A DNA stretch of 64,000 bases from Candidatus Binatus sp. (lineage in GTDB: Bacteria; Vulcanimicrobiota; Vulcanimicrobiia; Eremiobacterales; Eremiobacteraceae). Below are positions 63,387 through 64,000 of the stretch, in pieces. Made by a program: the position numbers and the translations under genes. The stretch is from positions 79-64,078 of the forward strand of contig DASRXC010000132.1 of assembly GCA_035654355.1 (NCBI GenBank), written 5' to 3'. The first letter of the stretch is position 1, and every line of letters starts with the position of its first letter. The notes under the pieces were generated by a model. The model saw only the letters and a list, made by a program, of their open reading frames with translations. It was not told where the DNA came from and did not search any database.

Positions 63387-64000
63387 ATGGCTGCTCAGTT
63401 CGACGCCGTAGCAGAACTCATGGGGACATTCAAACTACTTTTCGAGAAGAAGAACTGGATGCTGGCGGTGCCGATCCTGGTCTCCTTGCTGGTCGCAGGT
63501 ATCATCATCGGCATAGGCTTCGCGATCGCTTTCGGATCGCTGATGGCCGGCGCCGGCACGGCCGGGATGATGGCCGGCGGCGAGGGCCGAGGGCCGACCG
63601 CGTTGTTCGGGGCGTTGTTCAGCGGCCTCGGGATCCTGTTCATCGTCTTCGTGATCGCCGGCATTATCGCGGCCGTCTTCGGATACGGCTGGGCGTATGC
63701 GGCGGCGGAGCCCGTTTGGCGCGGCGGCGATCCCGACATCGGAGGCGGCTTCAGCAAAGCGATGAGCAAGCTCGGTTCGTTGATCGTGCTCGCGGCGATC
63801 GTCGGCGTCGTCGACGCCTTGTTGTTCTGGTCGGTCATCGTGCCGATTCTGATCGGCCTCTTCTGCCTGTACACCATACCGTACATCATGCAGGGCAATC
63901 AGACCGGCACCGGCTCGATTGGGGCTTCGATCAGCTTGTCGCGTGAGAATTTCGGACCGACGGCGATGCTGTTCTTAGGCCTGATCGTCATCGGAATCAT
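63387..64000 (+). CDS. polytopic membrane protein, N-terminal part (runs off the right edge)
   Basis: Absent from the ORF track because it has no stop in the window. ATG 63387 lies 5 nt after AGGAGG. The frame is open to base 64000: MAAQFDAVAELMGTFKLLFEKKNWMLAVPILVSLLVAGIIIGIGFAIAF...LFWSVIVPILIGLFCLYTIPYIMQG..., with several hydrophobic helices. No family assigned. Confidence 0.7.
   Translation, partial: MAAQFDAVAELMGTFKLLFEKKNWMLAVPILVSLLVAGIIIGIGFAIAFGSLMAGAGTAGMMAGGEGRGPTALFGALFSGLGILFIVFVIAGIIAAVFGYGWAYAAAEPVWRGGDPDIGGGFSKAMSKLGSLIVLAAIVGVVDALLFWSVIVPILIGLFCLYTIPYIMQGNQTGTGSIGASISLSRENFGPTAMLFLGLIVIGI

Noticed and set aside
63395-63898. 167-aa minus-strand ORF at the right edge
   Set aside because: Antisense to the plus-strand frame starting at ATG 63387. 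That frame has an AGGAGG RBS, stays open to the window end and encodes plausible TM helices. The minus frame is Pro/Ala/Ser-rich low complexity.
1-64000. Window-wide look for mobile elements, prophage, CRISPR arrays, rRNA/tRNA genes or known defence-system genes
   Set aside because: No integrase, transposase, recombinase, terminal inverted repeats, spaced direct repeats or structural RNA signatures were seen. The only nuclease-fold gene is a small housekeeping-type GIY-YIG protein.

Overview
High-GC bacterial chromosomal window (roughly two-thirds G+C by eye), almost fully coding, with about 66 protein genes. I saw no rRNA, tRNA, CRISPR array, transposase or integrase. TolC and proteins ending in a BAM-type C-terminal Phe signal suggest a diderm organism.

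Layout:
- 0-12 kb: a long minus-strand housekeeping run (PEGA protein, miaB, mutS, GGDEF cyclase, mutL, miaA, hfq, dapF).
- 10.4-13 kb: der-plsY-efp, followed by a small patch of unknown genes.
- 15-34 kb: ubiX, SprT-like protein, oxidoreductase, M55 peptidase, a homocitrate/IPM-synthase-family gene, an intact cupredoxin, an HD-GYP protein, a histidine kinase/response regulator pair, a LIV-type ABC importer divergent from a benzoate-CoA-ligase-family gene, hemL, an M50 protease and a lipid kinase.
- 34.8-43.6 kb: an unusual co-directional envelope cluster. It runs marR, membrane-fusion adaptor, tolC, a ligand-less cupredoxin-like lipoprotein, then three tandem family-5 solute-binding lipoproteins. 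No pump, permease or ATPase gene is present.
- 45.3-49.9 kb: three tandem paralogues, each with a signal peptide, a copper-amine-oxidase-N-terminal-like (stalk) module, a Pro/Thr linker and a C-terminal beta-barrel ending in Phe. This is my best candidate for something undescribed: an OmpM-like outer-membrane tether/porin built on a non-SLH periplasmic module.
- 50-53 kb: two paralogous secreted unknowns, a DUF4337-like protein and a beta-propeller protein.
- 54-59.6 kb: a fourth orphan solute-binding protein, apparently in an operon with an amidohydrolase, a two-lobed retropepsin-like protease and a membrane protein.
- 59.8-63.3 kb: thiG-thiH-thiS-thiE plus a small Moco oxidoreductase, behind a probable TPP riboswitch.

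All calls come from reading the supplied translations and the DNA by eye. No database search or structure prediction was run, so family names are recognitions, not hits.
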